From the NCBI GenBank assembly GCA_005878385.1, contig VBMN01000073.1, forward strand, positions 1-51,074: a DNA stretch of 51,074 nt. Direction: 5' to 3'. Both the position numbers and the translations under genes were made by a program. The number at the start of each line of letters is the position of its first letter. The first letter of the stretch is position 1. This DNA comes from Methanobacteriota archaeon (GTDB lineage Archaea; Thermoplasmatota; Thermoplasmata; RBG-16-68-12). The notes under the pieces were generated by a model. The model searched no databases. It worked only from the letters and a program-made list of their open reading frames with translations, and had not been told where the DNA came from. Positions 50,839 through 51,074 of this stretch are shown here, in pieces.

Positions 50839-51074
50839 ATGGCGGAAGCACACAGAAGCTCGGATTCCTCGACGGAGACGACCGTCCTGCTGTCGTATGA
50901 CGTGGACGGGAGGGCGCGAGCGCTCTCGGTTCGTGTGGCGCAGTTGATCTTCGGTCGGTCGGATGCGGGTCCCGATGCACCTCCGCCGTTCATCGCACGG
51001 CCAGGGGTCTTGTGGATCGGCCAATCCGTCTTCTTGATGCCATCACCGGTGGCCATGGACCTTGCGGACAGACT
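50839..51074 (+). CDS. Hypothetical protein, 5' partial view (ORF runs off the right edge)
   Basis: The frame is open from the ATG at 50839 to the window end (78+ codons): MAEAHRSSDSSTETTVLLSYDVDGRARALSVRVAQLIFGRS...GVLWIGQSVFLMP. Third positions are strongly G/C-biased. It is absent from the track because it has no stop codon. Confidence 0.5.
   Translation, partial: MAEAHRSSDSSTETTVLLSYDVDGRARALSVRVAQLIFGRSDAGPDAPPPFIARPGVLWIGQSVFLMPSPVAMDLADR

Noticed and set aside
1-51074. CRISPR arrays, insertion sequences, integrases, prophage or plasmid genes, and toxin-antitoxin pairs
   Set aside because: I found no regularly spaced direct repeats, no transposase, integrase or recombinase motifs and no terminal inverted repeats. 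Composition appears uniform, and both tRNA genes are intact with no flanking partial duplicates.

Overview
GC-rich (roughly 60-65% by eye) archaeal chromosomal segment with about 60 genes. The archaeal assignment rests on the archaeal-type 16S 5' end, TFB, Pelota, Pth2, archaeosine tRNA-guanine transglycosylase, Pcc1, DUF99 and TATA-box promoters with leaderless or short-leader starts. I cannot assign a finer taxon. From left to right the window contains: (1) the 5' end of a 16S rRNA gene with its promoter/leader; (2) two tandem Tat-signal Rieske proteins, a UbiA prenyltransferase and an MFS transporter; (3) tRNA-Ser, a GNAT and a Ras/Rab-like small GTPase; (4) a roughly 10-kb co-directional sulfur/Fe-S block on the minus strand: sufB-sufC-sufD-sufU-sufB'-sufS-sufU'-cysteine synthase-JAMM protease-(Ubl::E1::rhodanese fusion); (5) more Fe-S related genes (IscA-type, CCG-domain Fe-S protein, SufT/DUF59); (6) a split MetE whose catalytic half has no canonical start codon; (7) an isolated NuoB/NuoI-like pair and an FAD-linked oxidase; (8) TrmB, a two-subunit 2-oxoacid:ferredoxin oxidoreductase, TFB, an aspartase/fumarase, ALDH, a Nudix-HAD fusion and an O-methyltransferase; (9) a tRNA-modification neighbourhood (MtaB-like, tRNA-Gln, Pcc1, ArcTGT); (10) a signalling cassette of KaiC-like ATPase, PAS/GAF histidine kinase with an apparent pseudo-receiver, REC-DUF835-wHTH regulator and CheY-like protein; (11) translation quality-control genes (Pth2, DUF99, Pelota) and a proline iminopeptidase. 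I found no CRISPR array, transposase, integrase or prophage gene. Many long ORFs in the track are antisense shadow ORFs typical of high-GC DNA. The best candidates for follow-up are the Ubl-E1-rhodanese fusion with JAMM and CysM, the KaiC-like/pseudo-receiver kinase/DUF835 cassette, the start-less MetE catalytic half, the orphan NuoB-NuoI pair, the Ras-like GTPase, and recurrent TCAC/GTGA palindromes next to TATA boxes. All family assignments come from motif recognition by eye and need profile searches.
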